Positions 40,090-50,266 of a DNA stretch of 64,000 bases are shown piece by piece. The position numbers and the translations under genes were made by a program. The DNA comes from Candidatus Poribacteria bacterium (lineage in GTDB: Bacteria; Poribacteria; WGA-4E; PCPOR2b). How positions within the stretch are numbered: the stretch's first letter is position 1; every line of letters begins with the position of its first letter. The stretch lies in assembly GCA_965215015.1 (NCBI GenBank), contig OZ244042.1, forward strand, positions 1,472,001-1,536,000, given 5' to 3'. The notes beneath the pieces were generated by a model. That model had not been told where the DNA came from. It searched no databases and worked only from the letters and a program-made list of their open reading frames with translations.

Positions 40090-42202
40090 AAGGCCTAAGG
40101 CGTTTTAACGAATTAGAACACCACTTTCGTACTATGCCGCTTCTGTCATTCAGTCCGTTGAGGAGCACATCAAGAGTTCTTTTATCTCCAACTTGACCAC
40201 ATTGCCCTAGGGCTTTGGCAGCAGCAGCTCGAGCATGATGATAGGAGTCATTTTCTAGGACTCCAATGAGTGAAAACAGTGATGCTTTATCACCTATTGA
40301 TCCAAGAGCTTCAGCTGCTGCTGTTCGAACAATTCCGTCCTCATCTTTTAAAGCATTGCATAAAGGTTGAACTACTGAAACATGTTTTAATTTTCCCAAA
40401 GTTCTAGGTGCCTTGCGTCGAATTTTCTGATCTGGCGATTGTAACTCAAATATTGCAGATTGTAGGAGTTGCTTTTCGTCAACAAGTAATACCCTAATAG
40501 ATTCTTCGTGTTTTTGAATCAACGAAGAAATGATGTTGTTAACCTTTTCTTCAAGATTATCTTCAAGCAGTTTGATCAACACTTTATAGGCGGCGGTTGA
40601 ATCAATTTTGACCAAGGCACGGATGGCATGAATTCTTACGTCTGCGTTTGAATCCGATTTCGCCATGTCAAGCAGTCTTTGCCAATATTTCTTTTCAAAC
40701 TGACATAAAGCTCTGACCGACATGACCCGAAATCTTGCAAGATGGTTATAGGTTAACCGTACAAACATCAGTTCATCATCCGGAGTCACACCTCCATCAA
40801 TTAGTCCTTTTAGGATGCTCACTTGAGTATTCAAAGGTATCTTTCGCCTTTGAGCTTGGTTGAAAACATTTCTGAGATAGTTCCTTGATTTAATCTCACC
40901 GATTGCACCCAAAGCAATATATGCGGTATTACAGACCCTTGAATTAGTATTTTTCGTTAGGCTTTTAAGTATTTCAATTGCTGAATCTTTCTCCTTGATA
41001 TTTAACTTTACAGCAGCATTCTTTAATGATGTGATAGCACGCAATTGTGCATTGGTTGATAATGGTTCTTTAATGGCTTTACAGAGAAAGAAAAATAATC
41101 TCTCAGGTGCTATATCATTCAAAGTGCTTAAAACTATATAAGGAAGTGAGCTTTTTTTGGCTGTATTTAGAATATGCAGTAAAAGTGAAACGGCAACTTC
41201 ACTGTCTTGTAAAAGCCTTAAGAGGCTGCAACATAATTTTAGATTCGCGCTCGCAAGTTCAGCAATATATGGCAATATACATGAGTTGTCCAGAAAGAAA
41301 AGTGCTTTTAACCGTATTTGGGCTTCTTTTCGTCGTTTTTTGTGATCGCTTTTCAGTTCGCTAATTAACCACTCAACAGAATCTTCCTCAAGTTCGCCAT
41401 AAGAAAATTCAATCTCAATGGTGCTTTCGCTTGTTTCTCCATTGGTGAGATTGTCATCAACATTAGGTTCATCTTCAATTTCACTAGGCCCTTCTGGATG
41501 AATAATAATAACTTTAGATTTCTTCCGGTATTTGGACGCCGTTACAACTCGTTCGCGCAAATTGTTCAACTCTGCAAATTTAATATCTTGTCCTCGTGGG
41601 GCAAAACGTTTGCCAATTTGTGGAGCGGATACAGATGATTGTTTGATTAGCGAATGTTTTCTCTTTTGTTTTAGAACTTGGTTGACCGTTACAACAGACT
41701 CTGTAACTTCCAAGCGTTCCTTAACTTGTTCAATCATTTCTGCTGTCAGGATTTCCGCATTAAACCAATAGACATACATATCGTCAAGAATTTGTCGAAT
41801 GGCCATCCGATCAGTAACTTCTATTCCATATTCAACATTTGATTTTAGGCCGGATGGGGTTAGGTTAGAAGAAGTTACAATTGCTGAATTCTCATCAAAG
41901 ATATAAACCTTCGCATGGAGATTGGATATACATTTTACTGTTACCTCCAACCCGGATACCTCTACAAGCTGCAGCAGTTTTTCAAACGCTTCCAAATCTG
42001 AGGATCCGTCGATTAAATCTTGAATTCTAACCCGCGTCAAAATTTGAACCGATACGTTAGGATGATGTTTCGATTGTAAAGTCTCACATAGAAGACTAGC
42101 AACAGGATATTTGATGTAGGGACTGGATATGAATAAGGATTTTTCAACTGCATGGACTTTTGAGAAAAAGTAATTCTCCCACGGTGGTTGAATATATTGC
42201 AT
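40088..42202 (-). CDS. PLD-family nuclease domain fused to HEAT/PBS-lyase repeats
   Basis: LFISSPYI, NLHAKVYIFD, TSSNLT...NVEYG (single HxK motif); C-terminal VRTAAAEALGSIGD, RAAAAKALG repeats. Confidence 0.8.
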   Translation of the reverse strand: MQYIQPPWENYFFSKVHAVEKSLFISSPYIKYPVASLLCETLQSKHHPNVSVQILTRVRIQDLIDGSSDLEAFEKLLQLVEVSGLEVTVKCISNLHAKVYIFDENSAIVTSSNLTPSGLKSNVEYGIEVTDRMAIRQILDDMYVYWFNAEILTAEMIEQVKERLEVTESVVTVNQVLKQKRKHSLIKQSSVSAPQIGKRFAPRGQDIKFAELNNLRERVVTASKYRKKSKVIIIHPEGPSEIEDEPNVDDNLTNGETSESTIEIEFSYGELEEDSVEWLISELKSDHKKRRKEAQIRLKALFFLDNSCILPYIAELASANLKLCCSLLRLLQDSEVAVSLLLHILNTAKKSSLPYIVLSTLNDIAPERLFFFLCKAIKEPLSTNAQLRAITSLKNAAVKLNIKEKDSAIEILKSLTKNTNSRVCNTAYIALGAIGEIKSRNYLRNVFNQAQRRKIPLNTQVSILKGLIDGGVTPDDELMFVRLTYNHLARFRVMSVRALCQFEKKYWQRLLDMAKSDSNADVRIHAIRALVKIDSTAAYKVLIKLLEDNLEEKVNNIISSLIQKHEESIRVLLVDEKQLLQSAIFELQSPDQKIRRKAPRTLGKLKHVSVVQPLCNALKDEDGIVRTAAAEALGSIGDKASLFSLIGVLENDSYHHARAAAAKALGQCGQVGDKRTLDVLLNGLNDRSGIVRKWCSNSLKRLRP

Positions 42203-42250
42203 TTAACACTCTCCAAATTGGTTGATTTTTTTACTATAGTAAACACAAGA

Positions 42251-42435
42251 TAGGACTTACGCAGTTGAACATTCAAGTCTTGTAGTTCGGCTATTCCGCG
42301 CCGCAGGACACCACTTCTAACGTCCGATGAATTGGACAACTACAGTAGGTTTTGGTTTGTAATAGGGCGATTTATCAACCTAACCTCCGAACGCGCAATG
42401 AAAGCACGACTACAAATTCAAGTGCGTAACTCCTA
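42251..42435. mobile_element. ~185-bp MITE-like element
   Basis: Ends taggacttacgcagttgaa / ttcaagtgcgtaactccta; REP-like ttgtagt...actacaa interior. Confidence 0.6.
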
Positions 42436-42485
42436 AGAAGAAATAAATAGGCTATTTTTCGCAGATATGCTATATTATTGAGATT

Positions 42486-43300
42486 ATGGCACATTCATCA
42501 GATTTACGCACACGCGTCCTTCAATTCATAGAAAATGGGGGCAGTCAAACAGAAGCCGCAAGACGCTTCAACATTGCCCGTGCTGCGATTTACCAATGGC
42601 TCAACGCACCGGATCCTCTCGCGTGTGGAAACCCCGGGACCCGACACCCAAGACAACTTGATCCAACAGCACTGGTTGAACATGTCAAGGCATATCCTGA
42701 CCAAACCCTTGACGAACGCGCCAAACACTTTGGGGTTTCAAAGTCCTGTGTGGCCTATGGACTGCGAAAACTGGAATACACTCGTAAAAAGACAACTGGA
42801 TATAAAGGAGTAATGTCCACAAAAACAGGCAGCCTATCAGCAATGGAAGCTTCTGACAACACCTTAATTTACGTTGACGAGACCGGTTCCCAGATGAAGC
42901 CTTCAGAAGTTATGGCTATGCCCCCGGGGCGAACCCGTCTATGGCTGGATACCCAGCCAAAAAACGCGCACCATGATTTTGATAGCGGCACGACTGAATA
43001 ATCGGTTGACTGCCCCCAAGCTCTTATCGGGGAGTTGTAATACCGACAGGTTCAATACATGGCTTGAACAGGAGTTATGCCCCCTTTTGGATGCCAATAG
43101 TGTGGTGATAATGGATAATGCACGGATTCACAAGACCCCTCAGACCCGAAAATTGATTAAAGGTCGTGGTGCGGCGTTGGTATACTTGCCCCCCTTTATT
43201 CGCCCGATTATAATCCCGTTGCACACGATTTACCAATCTCAAACGGTGCCGGTCATACAATGCGGATGAGCCTCTTAAGGAGATTATCAATATGTATTGT
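42486..43300 (+). mobile_element. Degenerate IS630-family transposase
   Basis: MAHSSDLRTRVL HTH, YVDETG, IMDNARIHK, frameshifted YSPDYNPVA (third catalytic Glu lost); several frameshifts. Confidence 0.85.
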
Positions 43301-43321
43301 TAATTATAGAATCTACTATGA

Positions 43322-44377
43322 TTATTGAAACCTCTGAATCGCGTCAACCAACTTATCTGCCCCAAAACGGATGACATCCGTGGCGGGTAATCCTGTCTCT
43401 TGCTCTATGTCTTCAACAGCTTGATGGGCTTCTGCTTCGGTGAGATCAAAGCAGTTCAGGCCAATCCCAATGACTTTGGCGGGTTTAATGGGGTTGGCAA
43501 GTATCTCATACTGACGGATTAATTCCGGCACCGGAGGCAGCGGCACAGTGTATCGGGCGACAATCTTCCGTGAGGGTTGATGGCAAAAGATTACCGCATC
43601 GGGCATCGAACCGTGCAGGAGGCTCAGTGTAACGCCCGAATAGTCGGGATGCACTAGCGATCCCTGTCCTTCAACGATGAGGAGATCACGGGCCCTTTTT
43701 GCCCCTTCAAGCACAATCTCCTCCGATGCCCCCGCTGTGAAGTCCGATACCACTGCGTCAATGGCAATTCCCCAACCGGAGATCATGATACCGTTCTGAC
43801 CAGTCGCGCAAAATTCGGCGTCCAATCCACGATTCCGTGCGGTCTCTGCGAGCTCAATCGCTGTCACCATTTTGCCGATTCGACAATCCGATCCGACAGT
43901 CAGGATAACGGTTGGATCCACTTCGTCAGCTTTGCAGGTCGCAATCGGCAGGCCTGCCGGCGGTTTACGCACATCCCACAGCATAACATTGTGGCGTTTG
44001 GCGAAATCAGCGAGTTGTGGGTCATCACTCAGGAATCGGTGGAGCCCACTCATGACATGCAGCCCGTGTCCGATAGCTTCCTTTAGAATTGCTATCCACG
44101 TTTCAGGCAGTTGACCCCCCGGCGGCGCAATGCCAATTGCGAGCATCGTTGGATTCAATTCCATCGCTTCCGTAAGGCTGCTAAGGACCGGAATTCCCTC
44201 CCCGATTCCAATGACTTCGCTGACATCTTTCCCGGCCTGTTCGCTGTCGATAACAGCAACGACATTTTCGGTATGGTAGCGCACTAACACTGTCGCTGCT
44301 TTTGATTCGAGGATGCCGAATGAACCTTCGGCGAGAATCGCCATTTTATGTGCTTTGGGATTGAGTTGTTGTTCCAT
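43322..44377 (-). CDS. DUF1611 protein (DgcN-like), copy 2
   Basis: Near-identical to 32277-33332; HPDYSG instead of HPGYSG; different last residues. Confidence 0.85.
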   Translation of the reverse strand: MEQQLNPKAHKMAILAEGSFGILESKAATVLVRYHTENVVAVIDSEQAGKDVSEVIGIGEGIPVLSSLTEAMELNPTMLAIGIAPPGGQLPETWIAILKEAIGHGLHVMSGLHRFLSDDPQLADFAKRHNVMLWDVRKPPAGLPIATCKADEVDPTVILTVGSDCRIGKMVTAIELAETARNRGLDAEFCATGQNGIMISGWGIAIDAVVSDFTAGASEEIVLEGAKRARDLLIVEGQGSLVHPDYSGVTLSLLHGSMPDAVIFCHQPSRKIVARYTVPLPPVPELIRQYEILANPIKPAKVIGIGLNCFDLTEAEAHQAVEDIEQETGLPATDVIRFGADKLVDAIQRFQ

Positions 44378-44410
44378 ACGCCTTGTCCTTATTTGTTTTG
44401 ACAGTCTTTG

Positions 44411-44644
44411 TCATTGATACAACATTTCTTTGACTGAAAATTGTACTTTTAATTGCAAGAGTTGCGTTTCTGGCAGCCCTGTAATTTCAGCGATGAGCTC
44501 AACCTCCATTCCCTTGGCAAGCATCCCCCTTGCGGATTCAATCTTCCCTTCCTTTTTGCCTTCGACCCGGCCTTCCCTTTTGCCTTCGACTCGGCCGTTG
44601 TGATAGATCTGTTGCTTCTCTTTTTCTAATGCGGTAATTAACAT
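44411..44644 (-). CDS. Stand-alone RpnS-like small protein, copy 2
   Basis: MLITALEKEK...; two GRVEGK(R/K)E units. Confidence 0.7.
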   Translation of the reverse strand: MLITALEKEKQQIYHNGRVEGKREGRVEGKKEGKIESARGMLAKGMEVELIAEITGLPETQLLQLKVQFSVKEMLYQ

Positions 44645-44649
44645 CGTCC

Positions 44650-45636
44650 TTACCTCTTTTCTGAGGGAAGCTCTGCCTTCAACTGCAAGAGTTGCGCTTC
44701 TGGGAGCCCTGTAATTTCAGCGATGATCTCAATTTCCATTCCCTTGGCAAGCATCACCCTTGCGGATTCAATCTTCCCTTCCTTTTTGCCTTCGACCCGG
44801 CCTTCCCTTTTGCCTTCGACCCGGCCTTCTCTTTTACCTTCGACCCGGCCTTCCCTTTTACCTTCGACTCGACCGTTGTGATAGATCTGTTGCTTCTCTT
44901 TTTCTAATGCGGTAATTAACATCGTCCTTACCTCCTCTTCATCTTGATAAATAGTTTCTAATGACTCATAGTCTCTAGCTGCAATCCGTCCGTGGAGTGC
45001 CAACTGCTTGAACCAATTTAAAAACAGACTAACTGCCCCCTTGTCCGCCTCCGATGAGAACAGATTTAGCAATTCTGTCTCTAGCACATCTACATCGTAA
45101 TACGATTCCGCTAAAAACAGTGTAGAGACGATGTTTCGGATTTTCAGAAGGGCTTGTTGGCTGTATTGGTTTTCAGCAATAAGGAAATACTGAAAATCTA
45201 ACGCAAACGCGCCCAATGATGGCGTCTGCTCAATTAAATCGGAAAGGTTAATCGGTGCTGTCCAGCGGTCCTCTCCATTGTATAGCACGATGGGGAAAAC
45301 CGCGGGCAGTTTTTTTACCTGTTTATGCTCGGCAACATAGTCCATGTAGAAGTTGGTTATGTAGTTGAGGGCTCGTAACGCCATGAAGGGGTCAACCGTG
45401 GATTGGAACTCAATGAGGATATAAATATAAACCTCATGATTAAGCAACTGAACTTTGTAAATCAAATCACTTTCGGTTTCCTTGTAGTGTTGGGAGATGA
45501 ATGACTTATCAAGGGTTTCACAAGTCGCAAAATCCAGGTGATTGACCCATTCTTGTGTAACAAAGGTCTCAATCAGTTGCCGGAATATGGTCTGATTTGA
45601 AAAGAGTTTTTTGTATCCGCTGTCGTGAATGTTCAC
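44650..45636 (-). CDS. Rpn/YhgA family nuclease, copy 2
   Basis: As copy 1, with one fewer 8-aa repeat; internal start at 44922. Confidence 0.9.
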   Translation of the reverse strand: MNIHDSGYKKLFSNQTIFRQLIETFVTQEWVNHLDFATCETLDKSFISQHYKETESDLIYKVQLLNHEVYIYILIEFQSTVDPFMALRALNYITNFYMDYVAEHKQVKKLPAVFPIVLYNGEDRWTAPINLSDLIEQTPSLGAFALDFQYFLIAENQYSQQALLKIRNIVSTLFLAESYYDVDVLETELLNLFSSEADKGAVSLFLNWFKQLALHGRIAARDYESLETIYQDEEEVRTMLITALEKEKQQIYHNGRVEGKREGRVEGKREGRVEGKREGRVEGKKEGKIESARVMLAKGMEIEIIAEITGLPEAQLLQLKAELPSEKR

Positions 45637-45674
45637 CGTTAGCCCCTCTCAAAGACTTGCGTCGGACGATTCAC

Positions 45675-48152
45675 CTATTCGCCCATTTGCTGACCGGTGG
45701 GTTTGTTGAGTCGATTCCCCTGAGCCTCATTCTGTATCTGTCGAGCAATGATTCTCACCGGCGTTGCTTTGGGCGGCACAACATCTGTATTGACGCGGTA
45801 GGTTCGGTCGTCTGTACCGCCGGGCAGCGGATGGTTGAAGATTGAATCTGGGTCACGGTACACCGCAATAATATTGTGAAACAGTTGGGTGGTGAACTGG
45901 TTACGGATAAAACGTCCACCTGTGAATACCCAATGGGTTTGCCGCATCGGCTGTTTAGTCATCGCATTCCAGATTAATTCTTCAGCGCGATGCCGAATAA
46001 TCTGCTCACCACGTTCCCATTCAACCCATAGCTCGACTGGATCGCCTTCGGGGAGATGAGGGTCACCTTCCACAGTGAGGTTCATACCCGGATTCAAGTT
46101 CAAGCGGAGAAGCGCAAGCTGGATGTGTATCGGTTCGGCATCGAGCATAAGGAGGCTTTCATGTGTTTTGCCCAGTTCGCCGACTGCAAAAAATTCGAGG
46201 ATGGTCTCTGGACTGATAAGATTGACTTCACCGTTCATGACCACTTCATGTTTATTTACATCAACCGTGACAGTCCCCAATTGGTAGATACCCTCGCCGA
46301 TGTCGCGGATAGCGGCGGTTGGGTCAATTGCCTCCGCGGACTCCGGACGGATGGTTAATTGCTGCGATGTGATATTGTTACCACGGTCCAGGTCCGCAAT
46401 ATCCTCATTTGGGTCAACAATGGCATAGAGTGTATGATCCCCGTCCTCACTTGGGATCCAGTTAATCGCAGTAGTCGTTTCGTCGAGGTTCTTGTTAAAG
46501 AGTACCTCTTGAGAATCAATCTTTTTTCCACCCCGCGCCGGAGCACCATCGTAAAAATCCACCGGAACCGTTGACTCAATTGGCGCACCGGTATTTGTCA
46601 GTGTGACACTGATTCGCACAGGGTCGCCGACGCGCGGCGAAGGTGGGGAGTAACGAAGGCTACGGTTTACCGCACCGAGGTCTGGTTGTATCGGCTTCGG
46701 CAACGAACGTGTCAGAAACATCAGCGCAAAGCAGGTTGTTGGGAAATAGTCCTCGTGATCGATCCAGCGTCCATCGGGTTGCTGCTCAGCAACGAACATA
46801 CTAGCTATGTCCTGATACCAATCATGTCCGACAAGCCTATCTAGTTTCGGGGGGATATCGCAGAAGCGTTGTAATGTCACAAAATAGTAGTGATGCCAAG
46901 AATTTGCGCCGGGATTTCGGGTGAGCGACCAGTGTTTCTGGATCCACTGCAACCCCTTCTGTACTTGTGGGTCCTCAACAGGAACGCCAAATGCGCGGAG
47001 CGTCCAAAGTCCCGTTGCTGTCATGCTACCGTAGACACCTTCCGCCCAAGGCGAACCGTGCTCCACCCGATTATACAGCCAGCCGCCGGTTTCTGTCTGA
47101 TTGCTACGAATCCACTCCTCGGCGCGTTTCCAAGTCTCTGAGGGAACTTCGAGTCCCCACTGTTTTGCAGCGTAAAGGGCATAGACCACCCAGTTAAAGT
47201 GCGCTCCATCGGCTGTCGCACCGTAGCCCCAACCGCCAAAATCTCTTGGATCTGAAAACTCCTCACCGCCAAATGGTAATTGACTTTTAACGAGCTGATT
47301 CACCGAAAACTGAGCGCGTTTGCGATATTCCGGCAGGTTGGTAGCGACGAGTGTTGGCAAAACGATAGAGTGAACGTAGACATCAAAGGTATTCCAATCC
47401 TGCTGCATGAGAAAATCCAACCCCTGTTGCATCGCCGGATCTGATGCAGGAACCCCCGCCGACATTAAAGCGAGCAATGCAAGCGCAGTTTCTTGCTTGC
47501 TATCTTCCCCCAGATCCCATGCTGGACCGGGCAAAAGATCTTCAGACAGCCCTTTAAGGGTTGCGCCGCAGATGACGCAGATTGAGATAAGCTGGTTTTC
47601 GGAACCACACTGCAAACAGGTGCGGTTATGTTTTCCCTGCTGGGCTCTTATCCACGCTACCCCTCTTTGAATTGCGTTTTGGATCTGCTCAGGGGTTGCC
47701 TTGGGAAACGTACGCCGCGTTGCAGTAATTGAGGTGTGAGCAATGTTATTGCTGCGATTGGCTTCCTGAATCTCTTTGTCGTCCCCAGCCGGGTTGACGA
47801 CAGCATACACTGCCGTTTTCCCAGGCGGTGGTCGCCACTGTGTTTTGACCCTTTTTAATTGACCGACCCCCAACCCCAAAATCACATCTCTGCACATAAT
47901 CTGCAGCGGGGTTGTCCCCGGTTCGCCTTCGTAAAGATTGACCACCAAATCCTCATTCATCGTCGGAGCAACCTGTCCCACGTTTTTAACGATGATGTAA
48001 ACTGTGATTTCCTCTCCCTCAAGCGGAGTAGGGTTGGAAAACACAAAACTTGTGCTATCTATCTCAAAGTCCGGTAGTGGTATTTGTTGTGCCTGTGCGT
48101 GAAATGGGATGAGGAAGGGTATCAGAGCGAAAAGGAAACGAAATCTATACAT
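45675..48152 (-). CDS. Exported CARDB + prenyltransferase/squalene-cyclase-like alpha/alpha barrel + CARDB + YdjY-like domain protein
   Basis: Signal MYRFRFLFAL (start 48152); CARDB VVNP..EIQEANRSNN; QW-like repeats GGWGY, NQTETGGW, QQPDGRW; CxxC..CxxC insert; LEFFAVGELGKTHES. Confidence 0.7.
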   Translation of the reverse strand: MYRFRFLFALIPFLIPFHAQAQQIPLPDFEIDSTSFVFSNPTPLEGEEITVYIIVKNVGQVAPTMNEDLVVNLYEGEPGTTPLQIMCRDVILGLGVGQLKRVKTQWRPPPGKTAVYAVVNPAGDDKEIQEANRSNNIAHTSITATRRTFPKATPEQIQNAIQRGVAWIRAQQGKHNRTCLQCGSENQLISICVICGATLKGLSEDLLPGPAWDLGEDSKQETALALLALMSAGVPASDPAMQQGLDFLMQQDWNTFDVYVHSIVLPTLVATNLPEYRKRAQFSVNQLVKSQLPFGGEEFSDPRDFGGWGYGATADGAHFNWVVYALYAAKQWGLEVPSETWKRAEEWIRSNQTETGGWLYNRVEHGSPWAEGVYGSMTATGLWTLRAFGVPVEDPQVQKGLQWIQKHWSLTRNPGANSWHHYYFVTLQRFCDIPPKLDRLVGHDWYQDIASMFVAEQQPDGRWIDHEDYFPTTCFALMFLTRSLPKPIQPDLGAVNRSLRYSPPSPRVGDPVRISVTLTNTGAPIESTVPVDFYDGAPARGGKKIDSQEVLFNKNLDETTTAINWIPSEDGDHTLYAIVDPNEDIADLDRGNNITSQQLTIRPESAEAIDPTAAIRDIGEGIYQLGTVTVDVNKHEVVMNGEVNLISPETILEFFAVGELGKTHESLLMLDAEPIHIQLALLRLNLNPGMNLTVEGDPHLPEGDPVELWVEWERGEQIIRHRAEELIWNAMTKQPMRQTHWVFTGGRFIRNQFTTQLFHNIIAVYRDPDSIFNHPLPGGTDDRTYRVNTDVVPPKATPVRIIARQIQNEAQGNRLNKPTGQQMGE

Positions 48153-48263
48153 ACGACCCCCTTCTTTATCTGTTAAGCTCAGATTGGTTAAAAAAGTTGA
48201 GAGAATTAACAATCGCGGATTAAAGATGAAGCAGGTAAATGGGCAGTTCTAGCCGTACATGTG

Positions 48264-49256
48264 TTATTGTCCCGCCCAATTTCCAACAGAAACAAAAGAG
48301 GGTTGTGGTATTGGACTTTGAACCAATGCCTGCCCTTCTGCCGAAAATTTGGTAACCATTCCTTCCAATGGTGGCATCCCAATCTGTTGGTCGGCAACCC
48401 AAATGCTTCCATCCTGGGAACTTACGCCAATTGAGAGGATTGCAATCCCTGCCTCAGGAACTTCTACCAGCTTTTGACCAGCCGCAGATAATTTAACGAG
48501 AGTATTGGAGCTCGCAACGACCCAAAGATTGCCATTTTTCTGGTTGACACTCGGAGAGCTTGGCAGCTTAATGTCGGCAATTCTGAGCATTTCCTGACCG
48601 CTTGGACTCAATTTTACAATAACATTGGCGTGTGGGTCTGTCACCCACGCATTGCCAGATTGGGAATTGACAGCGACATACTTGGGCTCTTTCAGTTTTA
48701 CCGGGGAGGTCGCAGCCACTGTGCCCCCCGCACTATACCGAGCAATCGTTCCGCGAGAGTCTGTGACCCAGCAACTACCGTCGGTGCTATTGACCGCAAC
48801 TTCTGGCTCGTGAACGCCAGTGACTGTCGCAAGGACCTGACTGCCATCGGCTGAAAATTTCTGAACTGTATTATTCCCACCGACCCAGACGGTCCCATCA
48901 GTCGGGTTGACTGAGACAGCATGCGGCTGTGTAATTGGTGGAAGTTGAATGAATGCTTGGTTGGGATCTGGGCTTGCAGGGTTATATCTGAAGACCGCCC
49001 CCGCAGCGGAAACAGCAATCCATACAACGCCACTTTTCGGATCCACCACTGCCGCGTTCGTTTGGCTGACAGCCACAGGAAAAGAAATACCACTTTGATC
49101 ACGACTGCCATCCGGATAGAACTTATAAATGGTATCCCCCCCGCTGACGACCCAGCATTCACCATTGTAACTCGCGTGAAGTGGGTTGAGTGAAACCATA
49201 ATGAGAACAAGCATCGCTAATAACATCTGTAGTGTACGCGAAACACACTTTTTCAT
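48264..49256 (-). CDS. Exported NHL-like beta-propeller protein
   Basis: Signal peptide MKKC...; repeated P..V(A/S)VNxxxGxxWVxD blades. Confidence 0.7.
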   Translation of the reverse strand: MKKCVSRTLQMLLAMLVLIMVSLNPLHASYNGECWVVSGGDTIYKFYPDGSRDQSGISFPVAVSQTNAAVVDPKSGVVWIAVSAAGAVFRYNPASPDPNQAFIQLPPITQPHAVSVNPTDGTVWVGGNNTVQKFSADGSQVLATVTGVHEPEVAVNSTDGSCWVTDSRGTIARYSAGGTVAATSPVKLKEPKYVAVNSQSGNAWVTDPHANVIVKLSPSGQEMLRIADIKLPSSPSVNQKNGNLWVVASSNTLVKLSAAGQKLVEVPEAGIAILSIGVSSQDGSIWVADQQIGMPPLEGMVTKFSAEGQALVQSPIPQPSFVSVGNWAGQ

Positions 49257-49486
49257 CTGACTTAATCTCCTATAAATGTTTGGGCGTAATCGTTGTGAGA
49301 ACAAATTGCATCAAGGCAACAAGATGTCAATAGATTAACACATCCACTCGCAATGTTCAAGCATTTTTGGATGACTTGACAGCTTAACCTTGCTCATGGA
49401 ATCCGAATCAGTTATAATTGTTATAGCTAAACTGTGACGAGGATACAGTACCTTCAAGGTTCCATGAAACATACCATAATAAAGAC

Positions 49487-50266
49487 ATGATTGCCTTAAT
49501 CCTTAAAGAGCTGCGTTGTTACGCCTACCAACCCAAGTATCGCCGCACCCAGCTTATCATTTTATTTATTCTTGCTTTCGTCCTGTTTGCCACAGCATTT
49601 GAGCAATTCGCGTTAAGCCGTGGACGACCACAAATTCTAGTCGGTGAAAGCATTTATTCCCTCCTAATACCGCTCTTTTTTTGTCTGTTACTTGGCTTGG
49701 TCGTCCCACTGCAGGCCATTGAGTCATTTCAGATTGAACGACACAGATCGAATTGGGATCTATTTACTCTCACACCCATCGGTCATCGAAAGTTGCTTTT
49801 TGGTAAGCTGATGGGAGCGGTTTTGGCACTACTGTGGTGTATTGGTTTGACGATTCCACTCTTTGGGATTTCGGTTTATACGGGCGGATTGGAGATACGT
49901 CAACTACTTCAGTGCGGACTGGTATTTATTGTCGGATTTATAACCTTTTTTTTAATTGGAGCATATTTTATTTTATTGGGGCATCTAAATCATGCGAAGG
50001 AGCGGAGTTACGCCGTTGTGCTGCTACTGACTTTTACGCCACTTATTGCTCCTGCATTGACACCGTTGGTGGATATTCCAACAACTTTACTAGAACTGCT
50101 AAGGGTATTGAGCCCCTTGTGTGTGTTAATCGCTATTGTAAAACCTGACATCTACATTGCCCTCGGCATCGCACCTATTTGGGTGTGGATGGTACTTTAT
50201 CACGCAATTCTATCTGTGGTACTCTTCGGCGTTTTGAGTTGGCAACTTGAAAAGCGGAGCCTGTAA
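49487..50266 (+). CDS. ABC-2 type transporter permease-like membrane protein
   Basis: LILKELR, ERHRSNWDLFTLTPI...LFGKL, multiple TM segments. Confidence 0.75.
   Translation: MIALILKELRCYAYQPKYRRTQLIILFILAFVLFATAFEQFALSRGRPQILVGESIYSLLIPLFFCLLLGLVVPLQAIESFQIERHRSNWDLFTLTPIGHRKLLFGKLMGAVLALLWCIGLTIPLFGISVYTGGLEIRQLLQCGLVFIVGFITFFLIGAYFILLGHLNHAKERSYAVVLLLTFTPLIAPALTPLVDIPTTLLELLRVLSPLCVLIAIVKPDIYIALGIAPIWVWMVLYHAILSVVLFGVLSWQLEKRSL

Larger units (their letters stand above)
43338..46496. repeat. ~3.2 kb direct repeat, copy B
   Basis: Matches 32293-35500. Confidence 0.95.

Noticed and set aside
32277-46496. Prophage or integrative element
   Set aside because: No integrase, phage structural or conjugation genes, and no tRNA attachment site
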